Of a stretch of 64,000 bases of DNA, positions 48,782 to 59,381 are shown piece after piece; the stretch's first letter is position 1; every line of letters starts with the position of its first letter. Source of the DNA: an uncultured delta proteobacterium (GTDB taxonomy: Bacteria > Desulfobacterota > Binatia > Binatales > Binataceae). The notes under the pieces are model-generated. The model was not told where the DNA came from. It made no database searches and saw nothing but the letters and a program-made list of their open reading frames with translations. The position numbers and the translations under genes were made by a program. The DNA lies in assembly GCA_963711565.1 (NCBI GenBank), contig CAVQEQ010000003.1:1120001-1184000 (forward strand), in the 5' to 3' direction.

Positions 48782-50236
48782 ATGAGTTCTGAGCCCTCCA
48801 AGCTTCGCGCGCTTGAATTCCTGGCGCCGATGATCGTCGGCTGCGCGCTGTTCATGGAGATGCTCGACTCGACGGTCATCTCGACCGCGTTGCCGGTGAT
48901 GGCCAAGGCGTTGGGCGAGGATCCGATCAAGCTCAATCTCGCGATTACTTCCTACCTGCTGAGCCTCGCCGTTTTCATCCCGGTCAGCGGTTGGATGGCG
49001 GATCGATTCGGCGCGCGCACAGTCTTTCGATCCGCGATAGTAATCTTCACCATCGGTTCGGTGCTATGCGGAGTTTCGCAATCGCTGTCGCAACTGGTCG
49101 CGGCGCGTATCGCGCAGGGCTTCGGCGGGGCGATGATGGTCCCTGTCGGCCGCATCATTGTCCTGAAAACCGTCGCCAAGGCCGACTTGGTGACCGCGAT
49201 GTCGTACTTGACGGTGCCGGCGGTGCTGGGTCCGGTGGTCGGGCCGCCGGTCGGCGGGTTCATCGTGACGTATTATTCGTGGCGTTGGATTTTCTTCATC
49301 AACGTGCCCATTGGCCTGATCGGCATCACGCTGGTCACCTGGTACATCCCCAACATCCGCGAGGACAAGGTCTTCCCGCTCGACTTCCGCGGCTTTCTGC
49401 TAACAGGCCTGGGGCTGGCAGGGATGGTCTCCGCGTTCGAGTCGATCGGCCGCGGCGTTATCCCCGCGAGTATCATCATGTGCGTGATGGCCGGCGGCGG
49501 AATCTGCATGGCGCTCTACATACTTCACGCCAAGCGCATCGACTACCCGATCATCGACCTGGGGTTGATGAAAGTCCCGACCTTCCTGGTGGCGACGTTG
49601 GGCGGCGGACTCTATCGCATGGGTATTGGCGCGTTGCCGTTCCTGTTGGCGATGCTGCTGCAGTTGGTTTTCGGACTCAGCCCGTTCGCCTCCGGGATGC
49701 TGACCTTCGCCAGCGCCGCCGGCGCGATGTTGATGAAAGTAACCGCACCACCCATCATCCGCCGTCTGGGCTTTCGCTCAGTGTTGATCGGCAACGGCGC
49801 CCTCAGCGCTTTCATCATGATGGGCTACGCGCTGTTCCGCTCGACGACGCCCCATTACATCATCGTGCTGGCGCTCCTGACGGGCGGGTTCTTCCGATCG
49901 CTGCAATTCACCGCGCTGGGAACCCTGGCCTATGCCGACGTGCCCAATTCGTCGATGAGCAGCGCGAGCACTCTGGCGAGCATGGCGCAGCAACTGTTCC
50001 TGAGCCTCGGCGTGGCGCTCGGCGCGACGCTGTTGCACATGAGCCTGACAGCGAGCGGCTCCTCTCATCTGTTAACGCATGATTTCACACCGGCCTTCGT
50101 GGTCATGGGAGTTCTCGCGCTGCTGTCGTCGTTGTTCTTCGTCCCGCTCGAATATCACGCGGGCGACGAAGTGAGCGGCCGCCAGCGCGGCGTCGAGCTC
50201 GCGCGCACGCCGCAGACAGTCACGGAAGCGGATTGA
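48782..50236 (+). CDS. MFS transporter, DHA2 family
   Basis: LDSTVISTALP, GWMADRFG, WRWIFFINVPIG. Confidence 0.94.
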   Translation: MSSEPSKLRALEFLAPMIVGCALFMEMLDSTVISTALPVMAKALGEDPIKLNLAITSYLLSLAVFIPVSGWMADRFGARTVFRSAIVIFTIGSVLCGVSQSLSQLVAARIAQGFGGAMMVPVGRIIVLKTVAKADLVTAMSYLTVPAVLGPVVGPPVGGFIVTYYSWRWIFFINVPIGLIGITLVTWYIPNIREDKVFPLDFRGFLLTGLGLAGMVSAFESIGRGVIPASIIMCVMAGGGICMALYILHAKRIDYPIIDLGLMKVPTFLVATLGGGLYRMGIGALPFLLAMLLQLVFGLSPFASGMLTFASAAGAMLMKVTAPPIIRRLGFRSVLIGNGALSAFIMMGYALFRSTTPHYIIVLALLTGGFFRSLQFTALGTLAYADVPNSSMSSASTLASMAQQLFLSLGVALGATLLHMSLTASGSSHLLTHDFTPAFVVMGVLALLSSLFFVPLEYHAGDEVSGRQRGVELARTPQTVTEAD

Positions 50237-50279
50237 TCGCGCGCAGTCGTTTACCGAGACCGTCGATACCTTTATCGTA

Positions 50280-50561
50280 ATGCTCGTGAACGTGGCGGAG
50301 GCGACTGTGGAGGTAAAGAACCGGCTCGGACTTCATCTCCGGGCCGCGTCCGCACTCGCGCAAACGGCGGCAAAATTCACCTCGAAAATCATGATCGGCA
50401 CCGGCACGGACGACCTCGTTAACGCCAAGAGCATGACGAACCTCATGATGCTCGGCGCTGCGCAAGGCTCCAGGCTAAAGATCCGCGCCGAGGGCGCAGA
50501 CGCGCGCGAAGCCCTGAAGGCGGTACAGACGCTGTTCGACGAGAAGTTCGGAGAGGAGTGA
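50280..50561 (+). CDS. ptsH: Phosphocarrier HPr
   Basis: GLHLRAA (His15), NAKSM (Ser46), FGEE. Confidence 0.95.
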   Translation: MLVNVAEATVEVKNRLGLHLRAASALAQTAAKFTSKIMIGTGTDDLVNAKSMTNLMMLGAAQGSRLKIRAEGADAREALKAVQTLFDEKFGEE

Positions 50562-50850
50562 CCTCACCTCTTTGTCCGAATCCTAGCCTCTCATTGTCCG
50601 AGGATGAGGTGAGGATTAGCCCCCATATCTTGATTCTGTCCGATTGGTCAGTTATACCTTCACTACCTGAAAATCTGAGGCGTGCTGCCGTTTTTTCGCT
50701 TTTTTCCCTCTCCGGCAGGCGCTATGCTGACCCTCTTGAACAGAACTAAATTGAACCCCTCAGTCACGCGCGCCGCCGCCCGCATCAGTTGAGTTCCGGT
50801 CTGCCGCGGGCATCGAGAAAAAGGCGCTTTGCAAGGAGCAATCGCGAATA

Positions 50851-52038
50851 ATGCCGCTTAAGGATTTCCTTTTCACCTCCGAGTCGGTCTCCGAAGGCCA
50901 TCCCGACAAGATGTGCGACCAGATTTCCGACGCCGTCCTCGACGCGCTACTCGCCGAGGACTCCAACTCACGAGTCGCGCTCGAGTCGCTCGCCAAGACC
51001 GGGCTGATCGTGCTCGCGGGCGAGATCACCAGCCGCGCGAAGCCCGACTACGTCAAAATCGCGCGCCAGACCGCGGTCGAGATTGGCTACAACAGCACCG
51101 AGGTCGGTTTCGACGGCAACAGTTGCGCTGTCCTCACCGCCATCGAGCCGCAGTCAGCCGATATTTCCCAAGGCGTCACCGAGGGCGAAGGACTCCACAA
51201 AGAACAGGGCGCCGGCGATCAGGGCCTGATGTTCGGGTTCGCATGCGACGAGACGCCTGAGATCATGCCGCTGCCGATCGCGATGGCGCATCGGCTGATG
51301 GAAAATCTCACCAAACTCCGCAAAACCCGTCAGCTCGATTTTCTGCGCCCCGACGCCAAGAGCCAGGTCACCGTGCGCTACGTCAACGGCCGCCCGGTCG
51401 AAGTAACCGCGGTCGTCATCTCGACGCAGCATTCGCCCGAAGTCAAATACGAAAGAATCCGCGAGTCGATCATCGAGGAACTGATCAAGAAGACGATTCC
51501 CGCGCAGTACCTGACGCGCTCGACAGTCTACCACGTGAATCCGACCGGCAGCTTCATCATCGGCGGACCGCATGGCGATTGCGGGCTCACCGGCCGCAAA
51601 ATTATCGTCGATACCTACGGCGGCTACGGCCGTCATGGCGGCGGCGCGTTCTCGGGCAAAGATCCGAGCAAGGTCGATCGCTCGGCCTGCTACATGGCCC
51701 GTCACGTCGCGAAAAATGTCGTCGCGGCCGGACTCGCGACGAAATGCGAAATCCAGGTCGCGTATGCGATTGGCGTCGCCGAGCCGGTTTCGATCCTCGT
51801 CAACACCTTCGACACCGGCAAGGTGCCCGAGAACAAGCTCTCCGCAACCCTGCGCGAGCTGTTCGATTTCCGGCCCGCCGGCATCATCAAGACGCTCAAC
51901 TTGAAGCGCCCGATCTATCAGCCGACCGCCGCCTACGGGCATTTCGGCCGCAACCCGCATGACGGACTGTTCCCGTGGGAGCGCGTCGACATGGCCGAGA
52001 CTCTGCGCAACGCCTTCGGCCTCAACGGCCGCAGCTGA
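50851..52038 (+). CDS. metK: S-adenosylmethionine synthetase
   Basis: [28 protein letters not shown]. Confidence 0.98.
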   Translation: MPLKDFLFTSESVSEGHPDKMCDQISDAVLDALLAEDSNSRVALESLAKTGLIVLAGEITSRAKPDYVKIARQTAVEIGYNSTEVGFDGNSCAVLTAIEPQSADISQGVTEGEGLHKEQGAGDQGLMFGFACDETPEIMPLPIAMAHRLMENLTKLRKTRQLDFLRPDAKSQVTVRYVNGRPVEVTAVVISTQHSPEVKYERIRESIIEELIKKTIPAQYLTRSTVYHVNPTGSFIIGGPHGDCGLTGRKIIVDTYGGYGRHGGGAFSGKDPSKVDRSACYMARHVAKNVVAAGLATKCEIQVAYAIGVAEPVSILVNTFDTGKVPENKLSATLRELFDFRPAGIIKTLNLKRPIYQPTAAYGHFGRNPHDGLFPWERVDMAETLRNAFGLNGRS

Positions 52039-52103
52039 TCGCGCTCGCGGGCCGCTTCACCAAATCAGATAGTAACTTTCCTGAAAGACGGAGATTCATC
52101 ACG

Positions 52104-53420
52104 ATGGCCACGACGGCGAGAAAGCTCAAAGCACTCCCCAAATCCCGCACCAACGGCAACGGCCGCGACTTCGACGTGCACGATCTTGGACTTGCCGAGG
52201 CCGGCCGCAAACGAATCGAATGGGCCGACAAGCAGATGCCCGTGCTGCGCCGCCTGCGCGAGCGATTCGCCAAGGAGCAGCCGCTCAAGGGCCAGCGCAT
52301 GGGCGCATGCCTGCATATCACCTGCGAGACCGCCAACCTGCTCCGCACGCTCAAGGCGGGCGGCGCTGAAGTGATCGCGTGCGCGTCGAATCCGCTCTCG
52401 ACCCAGGATGACGTCGCGGCGGCGCTCGTCGATCAATACGGTATCCCCACCTTCGCCATCCACGGCGAAGATCGCGACACCTACTACGCACATCTGCGCG
52501 CGGTGCTCGAGCGTCGTCCGACGATCACGATGGACGACGGCGCCGACCTCGTCAGCCTGCTCCACACCGAGTTCGCCAACCAGGCCGACGACGTGAAGGC
52601 CAGCATGGAGGAAACGACGACGGGCGTGATCCGGCTGCGCGCGATGGCGAAAGACGGCGCGCTCAAAATTCCAGTCGTGGCCGTTAACGACGCGCAAACC
52701 AAGCATCTGTTCGACAATCGCTATGGCACGGGACAGTCCACGCTCGACGGCATAATCCGCGCCACCGGCGTGCTGATTGCCGGCTCGGTCGTGGTCGTCG
52801 CGGGCTACGGCTATTGCGGCCGCGGTATCGCGTCACGCGCGCGCGGCCTCGGCGCCGACGTAGTCGTGACGGAGGTCAATCCGATTCGCGCGCTGGAAGC
52901 CGCGATGGACGGGTTCCGCGTGATGAAGATGGTCGAGGCGGCGAAGGTCGGCGACATTTTCATCACGGCGACCGGTGACAAGCACGTGCTGACCTCCGCG
53001 CACTTTACCCAGATGAAGGACGGCGCGTTCCTGAGCAACTCGGGCCATTTCGATATCGAGATCAACGTCGCGTACCTGAATGACGCCGCCAAAAAAGTCG
53101 ATCGCGACGTGACCCGCAATATCGACGCGTACCATCTCTCCAACGGCCGCATTGTCTATCTGCTCGGTGAAGGTCGCTTGGTAAACCTCGCGTGCGCCGA
53201 AGGCCATCCCGCTCAGGTGATGGACATGAGCTTCGCGACGCAAGCGATGGCCTCGGAGTGGGCGGCGAAGGGCGCCCAGCTCGCGGTCAAGGTTCACGAA
53301 GTACCGGTCGAGATCGAAGAAGAGATCGCCGCAGTGAAGTTAGCCGCGATGAGTATCAAGATCGACACGCTCACGGCTGAGCAGCGCAAATACCTGGCAA
53401 GCTGGGAATCCGGCACCTAG
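52104..53420 (+). CDS. ahcY: Adenosylhomocysteinase
   Basis: [33 protein letters not shown]. Confidence 0.97.
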   Translation: MATTARKLKALPKSRTNGNGRDFDVHDLGLAEAGRKRIEWADKQMPVLRRLRERFAKEQPLKGQRMGACLHITCETANLLRTLKAGGAEVIACASNPLSTQDDVAAALVDQYGIPTFAIHGEDRDTYYAHLRAVLERRPTITMDDGADLVSLLHTEFANQADDVKASMEETTTGVIRLRAMAKDGALKIPVVAVNDAQTKHLFDNRYGTGQSTLDGIIRATGVLIAGSVVVVAGYGYCGRGIASRARGLGADVVVTEVNPIRALEAAMDGFRVMKMVEAAKVGDIFITATGDKHVLTSAHFTQMKDGAFLSNSGHFDIEINVAYLNDAAKKVDRDVTRNIDAYHLSNGRIVYLLGEGRLVNLACAEGHPAQVMDMSFATQAMASEWAAKGAQLAVKVHEVPVEIEEEIAAVKLAAMSIKIDTLTAEQRKYLASWESGT

Positions 53421-53458
53421 CCCTTCGTTGAAAAAATTCTAGAGGGGCGGCCAGCGGC

Positions 53459-53860
53459 TTAGGCCTGTGCCACTCGTTCCTGCGCCTCCTTCAGGACCTC
53501 CTCAACTCTGGCTAACAGTTGAGCGGCGGTAAAAGGCGCAGGGAATGTCGCAAACCCTTCAAGGTCATCGCGATATTTGATCCTGTCGTCATCCGGGAGA
53601 CCGGCGACGACGAGCACGGCCATTTTCTGGTTCCTTTCGTGCAGATACTTGGCGGCCTGATAGCCGGAGATGCTGTCAACGTGGGGGCGAATAATCAGCA
53701 TGTCGATCCCGCCGTCGGCGAGCAGGTCAACGGCCCCGCCAAAACTACCTGTCGCCGAGACTACGTAACCCGCTTGTCGTAGCGTCTCCGTCAGAATGGT
53801 TCGAACTACGCCCTCAGAACTGAGGAGCAGGATCGATGCGGTGTTCTCGGCTTTGTCCAT
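53459..53860 (-). CDS. Atypical (pseudo-)receiver domain protein
   Basis: CheY-like pattern, but the acidic pair, phospho-Asp and conserved Lys are all replaced. Confidence 0.72.
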   Translation of the reverse strand: MDKAENTASILLLSSEGVVRTILTETLRQAGYVVSATGSFGGAVDLLADGGIDMLIIRPHVDSISGYQAAKYLHERNQKMAVLVVAGLPDDDRIKYRDDLEGFATFPAPFTAAQLLARVEEVLKEAQERVAQA

Positions 53861-54038
53861 TCCAATTCCCGGAGCGGAAAAGAATCTCGATCAATGACGA
53901 ACCGGCACGCGACGCTCTACCTTCATTTTCGGTGCAGTTGGCGTCATCCTTATACAGCTATAGCAGCGATGAGCATTTGGATGAAATCGCGCTTTCCTTA
54001 CATGGCAACGAGGTAACCTGCGCATCGAGGTCCCACCG

Positions 54039-54818
54039 ATGAAGCCAGAAAGAATCGACATCGAGCAGGCCCGCCACGCTACGGGACTCCGAATCGTCAC
54101 GCTTGCGATGGTTCCCAGCCCGTGGGGTGAAGCCCTCAAGGGCATCCTGCATATCAAGCAACTGCCACATGCGCGCATCGGCCACATGTTCGGCTCGCCG
54201 ACCAAAACGCTTCAAGAATGGACCGCGCAAGACAGTTTTCCCGTAATGGCATGGAACGACGAGCGTCCGCGCACCACGTGGATCGAGCAACTCTATCTCG
54301 CCGAGCGCTTGGCGCCGACGCCGCGCCTCATCCCGGAGCGGCTCGAGGACCGAATCCTGATGTTCGGCTACAGCAACGAGCTATGCGGCGAGAACGGCAT
54401 CGGATGGACCGAGCGGCTGCGCGGAGTGCATGAGCAGGTCACGAAACCCGGCGGCGATCCGGCAGGCGTGTCGGCATACTTGGGGAAGAAATACGGTTAC
54501 ACGTCGGAAATCGGCAGGGGCGCGACTGAAAGAATCGTATCGGGACTGAATGCGCTAACTGCGCGGCTCGAACAGCAGAAGGCGCGCGGCAGCCGATTCT
54601 TCATCGGCGACTCGCTCTCGGCGATGGACGTCTACTGGGCCGCATTCTCGAACGCGATGAAACCGCTAGCGCCCGAGCTATGCCCGATGCCGGAAATGAT
54701 TCGCGAGATGTTCACGACCACCGAGCCGAGCATCGTCGCCGCAACCAGGCCGATACTGATCGAGCACCGCGACTTCATCTTTAAGAATTACCTCGAGCTG
54801 CCGGTGGATCTGTCGTAA
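54039..54818 (+). CDS. Glutathione S-transferase-like protein
   Basis: PSPWGEA, P.LIP, FFIGDSLSAMD. Confidence 0.75.
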   Translation: MKPERIDIEQARHATGLRIVTLAMVPSPWGEALKGILHIKQLPHARIGHMFGSPTKTLQEWTAQDSFPVMAWNDERPRTTWIEQLYLAERLAPTPRLIPERLEDRILMFGYSNELCGENGIGWTERLRGVHEQVTKPGGDPAGVSAYLGKKYGYTSEIGRGATERIVSGLNALTARLEQQKARGSRFFIGDSLSAMDVYWAAFSNAMKPLAPELCPMPEMIREMFTTTEPSIVAATRPILIEHRDFIFKNYLELPVDLS

Positions 54819-54833
54819 CTGCGAAATGCTCCC

Positions 54834-54878
54834 GAGGACGGGGAAGCGCTCAACGTTGACTACATCGACTATCATTGA
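54834..54878 (+). pseudogene. higB: C-terminal remnant of a HigB/RelE toxin
   Basis: EDGEALNVDYIDYH* 12 bp upstream of higA; no in-frame start. Confidence 0.75.
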
Positions 54879-54890
54879 AGGAATCGCACG

Positions 54891-55178
54891 ATGACAATGC
54901 ACAATCCGCCGCATCCGGGCGAAGTGATTCGCGAACTTTGTCTCGAGCCGCTCGGCGTTTCCGTGACTGCCGCGGCCAGGAGTCTCGGCGTCACGCGCAA
55001 GGCCTTGTCGGAACTGCTCAACGGCAAATCGAGAGTCAGTCCCTCGATGGCGTTGCGGCTCGCTATCGCCTTCGACACGTCGCCCGAGAGCTGGCTCAAC
55101 ATGCAACAGCAGTACGACCTTTACCGCGCACGAAAGAACCCGGCCCTTCGGCGGGTCAAGCGGCTGAAGGCGGCTTGA
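54891..55178 (+). CDS. higA: HigA-family antitoxin
   Basis: [29 protein letters not shown]. Confidence 0.93.
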   Translation: MTMHNPPHPGEVIRELCLEPLGVSVTAAARSLGVTRKALSELLNGKSRVSPSMALRLAIAFDTSPESWLNMQQQYDLYRARKNPALRRVKRLKAA

Positions 55179-55185
55179 TCATCGA

Positions 55186-56949
55186 CTAGCGCACTTTGAG
55201 CTCTTCGTCGGGTGTCTGATCCAGGTAGTCACCCGCGGGCAGACGATGCGGATTGCGATCGCGGATTGCCTTCACCAGATGAATTAGCGCTTCGATCAAT
55301 TCGTGCTCGCTGAGGCGCGGATACAGCACCCGCGCGAGACGGCTGCCGTCGCGGGCGCCCCCTACCATCAGCACGTAGTCATTCTTGCCGTAGCCTACGA
55401 TTCCGATCTCGGCGGTCGGCGGACGCGAGCAACTGTTCGGGCATCCGGCCATCCGGATCATCACGTCGACATTGCCCAGTCCCTCGCGCTCCAACTCCGC
55501 AAGGTAGCGCGGCAATGCGCGCTCGGCGTGTGTCATCGCCAAGCCGCAGGTCGGCTTCGCGGGACATGCCATCGCGAGCCGCCGAATCGCCGGTACCTGG
55601 CCGTCGAAGGGCACACCATGCTCGGCAAGAATGCGCTCAATCCATTCGCGACGCGCATCCGGAACGTGCGCCAGTATCAGATGCTGATTGGGCGTGATGC
55701 GCACGCCGATTCCGTCCACTTCCGCGACTATGCGGCGGATCGCGCTGCGATATTTGATCGTCTCCTCGTCGCGCACACGTCCGCTCGGAATCAGAATTCC
55801 CGTGTAGCTGAGATCGCCGGTGCCGGCTTCCCGATGCCATCCCAAATGATCGCGCACGTGCGGCAGCGGGACCGGCTCGGCGTCGGCCAGCGCGATTGCA
55901 AAGCGCTCGCGTAGAGTCTTCTTCACCGCATCGACTCCGAGGCGGCGAATCGTGTACTTCCATCGCGCCGCGCGCCGGTTGCGGCGTTCGCCATGCTCGC
56001 GCTGGATCGTCGCGATCGCTCGCACAGTTTCGAGCACCTGCTCGCGTTGCACCACGCCGAGGTAGAGCGCAAGCAGCGGCATCGTGTCGGGCTGGTTGTG
56101 CGTCGCGCCCATCCCGCCGCCGCTGTAGAGATCGTAGCCGGTGACCTTGCGCCCCTCGATGCGCGGAAGGAAGCCGACATCGTTTGTCAGCAGGTCGACG
56201 CTGTTGTCGTGCGGATGCGCAAAGCCGACTTTGAACTTGCGCGGCAGATATTGCGCTCCATAGATCGGCTCTTCCGAGTCGAGCGGTGCCACCTGCTGAC
56301 CGCTCTCGTCGGCGAGGAGCACCTGGTAGTAGGCCGAACTCCGCGGCGCCATCTCGCGCGCCACCGCGTGCGCTAGTTCGTGCGAGTCGAGCGGCAGCTC
56401 AGCGTCGAGATCGTCGATCGGACTCGCGACCGTATTGCGATTCACGTCGCCGCACGCGCCGAGTGTCGTAAGCTGGTAGCCGTTGTCGCTGAGGCTCGTG
56501 TTGATCGCGCGAATCAGTGCGCTGAGATTGTGCCCGCGCACGTAGTGGAATTGAACGCCCTGCCGCGCCGTGAGACGGAGGCTGCCGTCGGCGTAGCGGT
56601 CGGCGGCCATGTCGAGCGCGAGCCATTGCGCCGGCGTGAGCTCGCCCGCGGGAATCTTGACCCGCACCATGAAAATAAAGTCGCCGTCCTTCTTGCCGCT
56701 TTCGTTGCGCTCGCGCTGTTTGTAGATGCCGAAATGCTTCGAAATTTCTTTCGCGTGCTCGCTGATCGTCTCGGCCTGCCGCGCGCTGAGCGCGTCGATC
56801 TCCGAGCGCATCGTGTGCCGGCTCTCGTGCGTCGAATGGACGTAGAAGAGCCCCTCGCTCGCATGCTTGAGGCGCTCGACGGTGGACATTTCCGCCGCGC
56901 TCGCGTTTTCGAGCGTCACGGGCTCGTGGCGGTGATGCTTTGGTTCCAT
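55186..56949 (-). CDS. Sulfite reductase hemoprotein (CysI/Sir-like)
   Basis: GACGDVNRN, YLPRKFK, CPAKPTC and GCPNSC siroheme/4Fe-4S ligands. Confidence 0.93.
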   Translation of the reverse strand: MEPKHHRHEPVTLENASAAEMSTVERLKHASEGLFYVHSTHESRHTMRSEIDALSARQAETISEHAKEISKHFGIYKQRERNESGKKDGDFIFMVRVKIPAGELTPAQWLALDMAADRYADGSLRLTARQGVQFHYVRGHNLSALIRAINTSLSDNGYQLTTLGACGDVNRNTVASPIDDLDAELPLDSHELAHAVAREMAPRSSAYYQVLLADESGQQVAPLDSEEPIYGAQYLPRKFKVGFAHPHDNSVDLLTNDVGFLPRIEGRKVTGYDLYSGGGMGATHNQPDTMPLLALYLGVVQREQVLETVRAIATIQREHGERRNRRAARWKYTIRRLGVDAVKKTLRERFAIALADAEPVPLPHVRDHLGWHREAGTGDLSYTGILIPSGRVRDEETIKYRSAIRRIVAEVDGIGVRITPNQHLILAHVPDARREWIERILAEHGVPFDGQVPAIRRLAMACPAKPTCGLAMTHAERALPRYLAELEREGLGNVDVMIRMAGCPNSCSRPPTAEIGIVGYGKNDYVLMVGGARDGSRLARVLYPRLSEHELIEALIHLVKAIRDRNPHRLPAGDYLDQTPDEELKVR

Positions 56950-56971
56950 CGCAGAAGTTGTAAGGCGCGCG

Positions 56972-57676
56972 CTAGTCGTCGATCTTGACGTGCGACCAGC
57001 GGCGGTAGATCTCGCCGCATCCGACCGACGCCGCTATGAGCAGCAGCGCGAGAAAAAATTTCGGCGACAGCGGATGCCATAGGGCGTCGCCGAGAAAGGC
57101 GTAGAGGATCGTCCCCGGAATCATGCCGATCATCGTCGCCCAGAAGTAATCGTGAAACGTGATCGGAGACGCACCCGCTAACAGGTTCAGCGCGTTGTAC
57201 GGAATCACGGGGACAAAGCGGAGGTAGAGTATTATCTGGAAACCGTGCTTCGCGATTCGCTGCAACATCGCGCGGAATCGTTCGCCGACGATTCGCTCGA
57301 CGAACGACTTGCCGAGAAATCTTCCCGCCGCGAACGCGACGATCGCGCCAATGTCGCCGCCGATCAGCGAGTACACCGAGCCCCATACGGCGCCGAACGC
57401 CAGCCCGCCCGCGATCGTCATCACCGCGCCGGGTACCAGGAACGACGGCCCCACCGCGTAGAGCAGCATGTAAACGACGGGGCCCCACGCGCCCCACTGA
57501 ACCACCTGGGCCTTGACTGTCGCGGGATCGCTGAACCAATTCCAGTGTTCGATGAGAAGCCAGATTGAGCCGCCGACGATGATCGCGATAAGCGCGACCT
57601 TGACGAAGTTCATCAGCGACGAGCCGCTTGCGCTGGGCTTGTCCGGTTGAGTTCCGATTGGGTTGACGGCTGCCAC
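56972..57676 (-). CDS. TVP38/TMEM64 (VTT/DedA) membrane protein
   Basis: PG..MTIAGGLAFG, LRFVPVIPY, GMIPG; start uncertain. Confidence 0.88.
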   Translation of the reverse strand: MAAVNPIGTQPDKPSASGSSLMNFVKVALIAIIVGGSIWLLIEHWNWFSDPATVKAQVVQWGAWGPVVYMLLYAVGPSFLVPGAVMTIAGGLAFGAVWGSVYSLIGGDIGAIVAFAAGRFLGKSFVERIVGERFRAMLQRIAKHGFQIILYLRFVPVIPYNALNLLAGASPITFHDYFWATMIGMIPGTILYAFLGDALWHPLSPKFFLALLLIAASVGCGEIYRRWSHVKIDD

Positions 57677-57803
57677 GATCCCTAGATGATATTGGGCGGC
57701 GCCGCGGTGAGACAAGGCTTCGCGTGCGCGTTGTCGGGGCGTCGCGATGCTACTAAAGTCGGCGCAGTGATCAACTCATGAAATCTCCAGGGAAGAAACT
57801 TCA

Positions 57804-58586
57804 ATGAACGAACTCGCGGATAAAGTCGCAATCATCACCGGCGGCGGCTACGGAATCGGCAAACAGATCGCGCTGAAGTACGGCGCGGCCGGCGCGAAGA
57901 TCGTAGTCGCGGCGCGGTCCGTTGAACCGATGAAACAGACCTGCGCCGAACTCGAGCGCCTCGGCGCGCGCGCGATTCACGTGAGCACTGACGTCTCCAA
58001 GGAAGCCGACTGCGCGAAGATGGCAGCCGAGACGATTAAGGCATTCGGCCGCATCGATATCCTCGTCAACAACGCCGGCATTTCGGGGCCGACCAAGCGG
58101 ATAACCGACATGTCGCTGGCCGAATGGCAGGAGACGATTGATATCGACCTGACCGGAACCTGGCTCGCGACGCGCGCGGTGCTGCCGACGATGGACAAGC
58201 AACGCGCCGGCAACGTTATCAACATTTCGTCAGGCGCGGGCCGGCGTGGCTTTCCGCTGCGCTCGCCATACGCGGCGGCAAAGTGGGCAATGATTGGCCT
58301 CACGCAAACGATTGCCGGCGAATGGGGTCAGCGCGGCATCCGATGCAACTGCATTTGCCCCGGCGCGATCGAGGGCGAACGAATCGAGCGCGTGATGCGC
58401 GCGCGGGCCGAAGCGTTGAAGCAGCCTTACGAGCAAATCAGGGCCGGCTTCGTGTCGCAGGCCGCGATGGCCAGGATGGCGACGGAGGAAGAAGTCGCGC
58501 GCGTAGCGCTGTTCCTCGCGCTCGACACGTCGGCGGGAATGACCGGTCAGACGATCAACGTCGATTGCGGCAGCATCATGAATTAG
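57804..58586 (+). CDS. SDR oxidoreductase
   Basis: TGGGYGIG, NNAG, YAAAK. Confidence 0.94.
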   Translation: MNELADKVAIITGGGYGIGKQIALKYGAAGAKIVVAARSVEPMKQTCAELERLGARAIHVSTDVSKEADCAKMAAETIKAFGRIDILVNNAGISGPTKRITDMSLAEWQETIDIDLTGTWLATRAVLPTMDKQRAGNVINISSGAGRRGFPLRSPYAAAKWAMIGLTQTIAGEWGQRGIRCNCICPGAIEGERIERVMRARAEALKQPYEQIRAGFVSQAAMARMATEEEVARVALFLALDTSAGMTGQTINVDCGSIMN

Positions 58587-58598
58587 GGCGCGGCTTCC

Positions 58599-59357
58599 GT
58601 GCGCAGACAGAGTCCCGGACGGCGCGCGCAACGATTGCCGCATCACCAAGTCCTGATTGCCGGCCTGCAGAAAAATCGGCGGAACCGCGCGCACTCCCAG
58701 GCGAACGACAGCTACCTGAGCAGCGGCCATCACTATTACAACGTCTCGATTCCGACTCTCAGGACGCTCGCGAAAGCGTGGCTGAAGGAGAATGGCGGAA
58801 TTCCGGACGCGGAGTTCATCGCCGTTCTCGACGGTCTCTATCGCGGGAAATCGTATGAAGAGAAGGTGCTCGCGAGCATCCTGCTCTCGTATCATCGAAC
58901 CGCGCCCGGAACGATCGGGCCAAAGCTGCTTGATGACTGGCTCGATCATCTTGTCGGATGGGCGGAGATCGATTCGCTTTGCGTGTGCTGGGCGTCGGAT
59001 GCGAGAAGCAATTTCACGAACGACGAGATCCTCGCCAATTGGAGCACATGGGCGCGATTCATACGGACCCTCTCGCGCGACCAGAACATCAACAAGCGCC
59101 GCGCGGCGTTGGTCTTCCTGACCGTCCCGCTTCGCTATTCGGAGGATAAAAGACTCGCCGCGCTTGGGTTCGAAGTGATCGAAAAGCTGAAGCCTCAGCG
59201 ACACATCATAATCACCAAGGCGGTGTCCTGGCTGCTGCGCAGCATGGTGCGGCACCACAAACGCGCGGTCGCCGCTTACGTCCGGGAAAACCGGCATTCG
59301 CTTCCTGCGATCGCGGTGCGCGAAACTTCCCGCAAGATCGCGACGGGACGGAAGTAG
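58599..59357 (+). CDS. DNA alkylation repair protein (AlkD-like)
   Basis: GWAEID, RRAALV, ITKAVSWLLR; start uncertain. Confidence 0.82.
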   Translation: MRRQSPGRRAQRLPHHQVLIAGLQKNRRNRAHSQANDSYLSSGHHYYNVSIPTLRTLAKAWLKENGGIPDAEFIAVLDGLYRGKSYEEKVLASILLSYHRTAPGTIGPKLLDDWLDHLVGWAEIDSLCVCWASDARSNFTNDEILANWSTWARFIRTLSRDQNINKRRAALVFLTVPLRYSEDKRLAALGFEVIEKLKPQRHIIITKAVSWLLRSMVRHHKRAVAAYVRENRHSLPAIAVRETSRKIATGRK

Positions 59358-59381
59358 GCAGCTACCAGAGCGAGGAATGAA

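Noticed and set aside
50562-50850. Known SAM-I/SAH riboswitch
   Set aside because: Core consensus motifs not recognised; kept only as an unexplained leader
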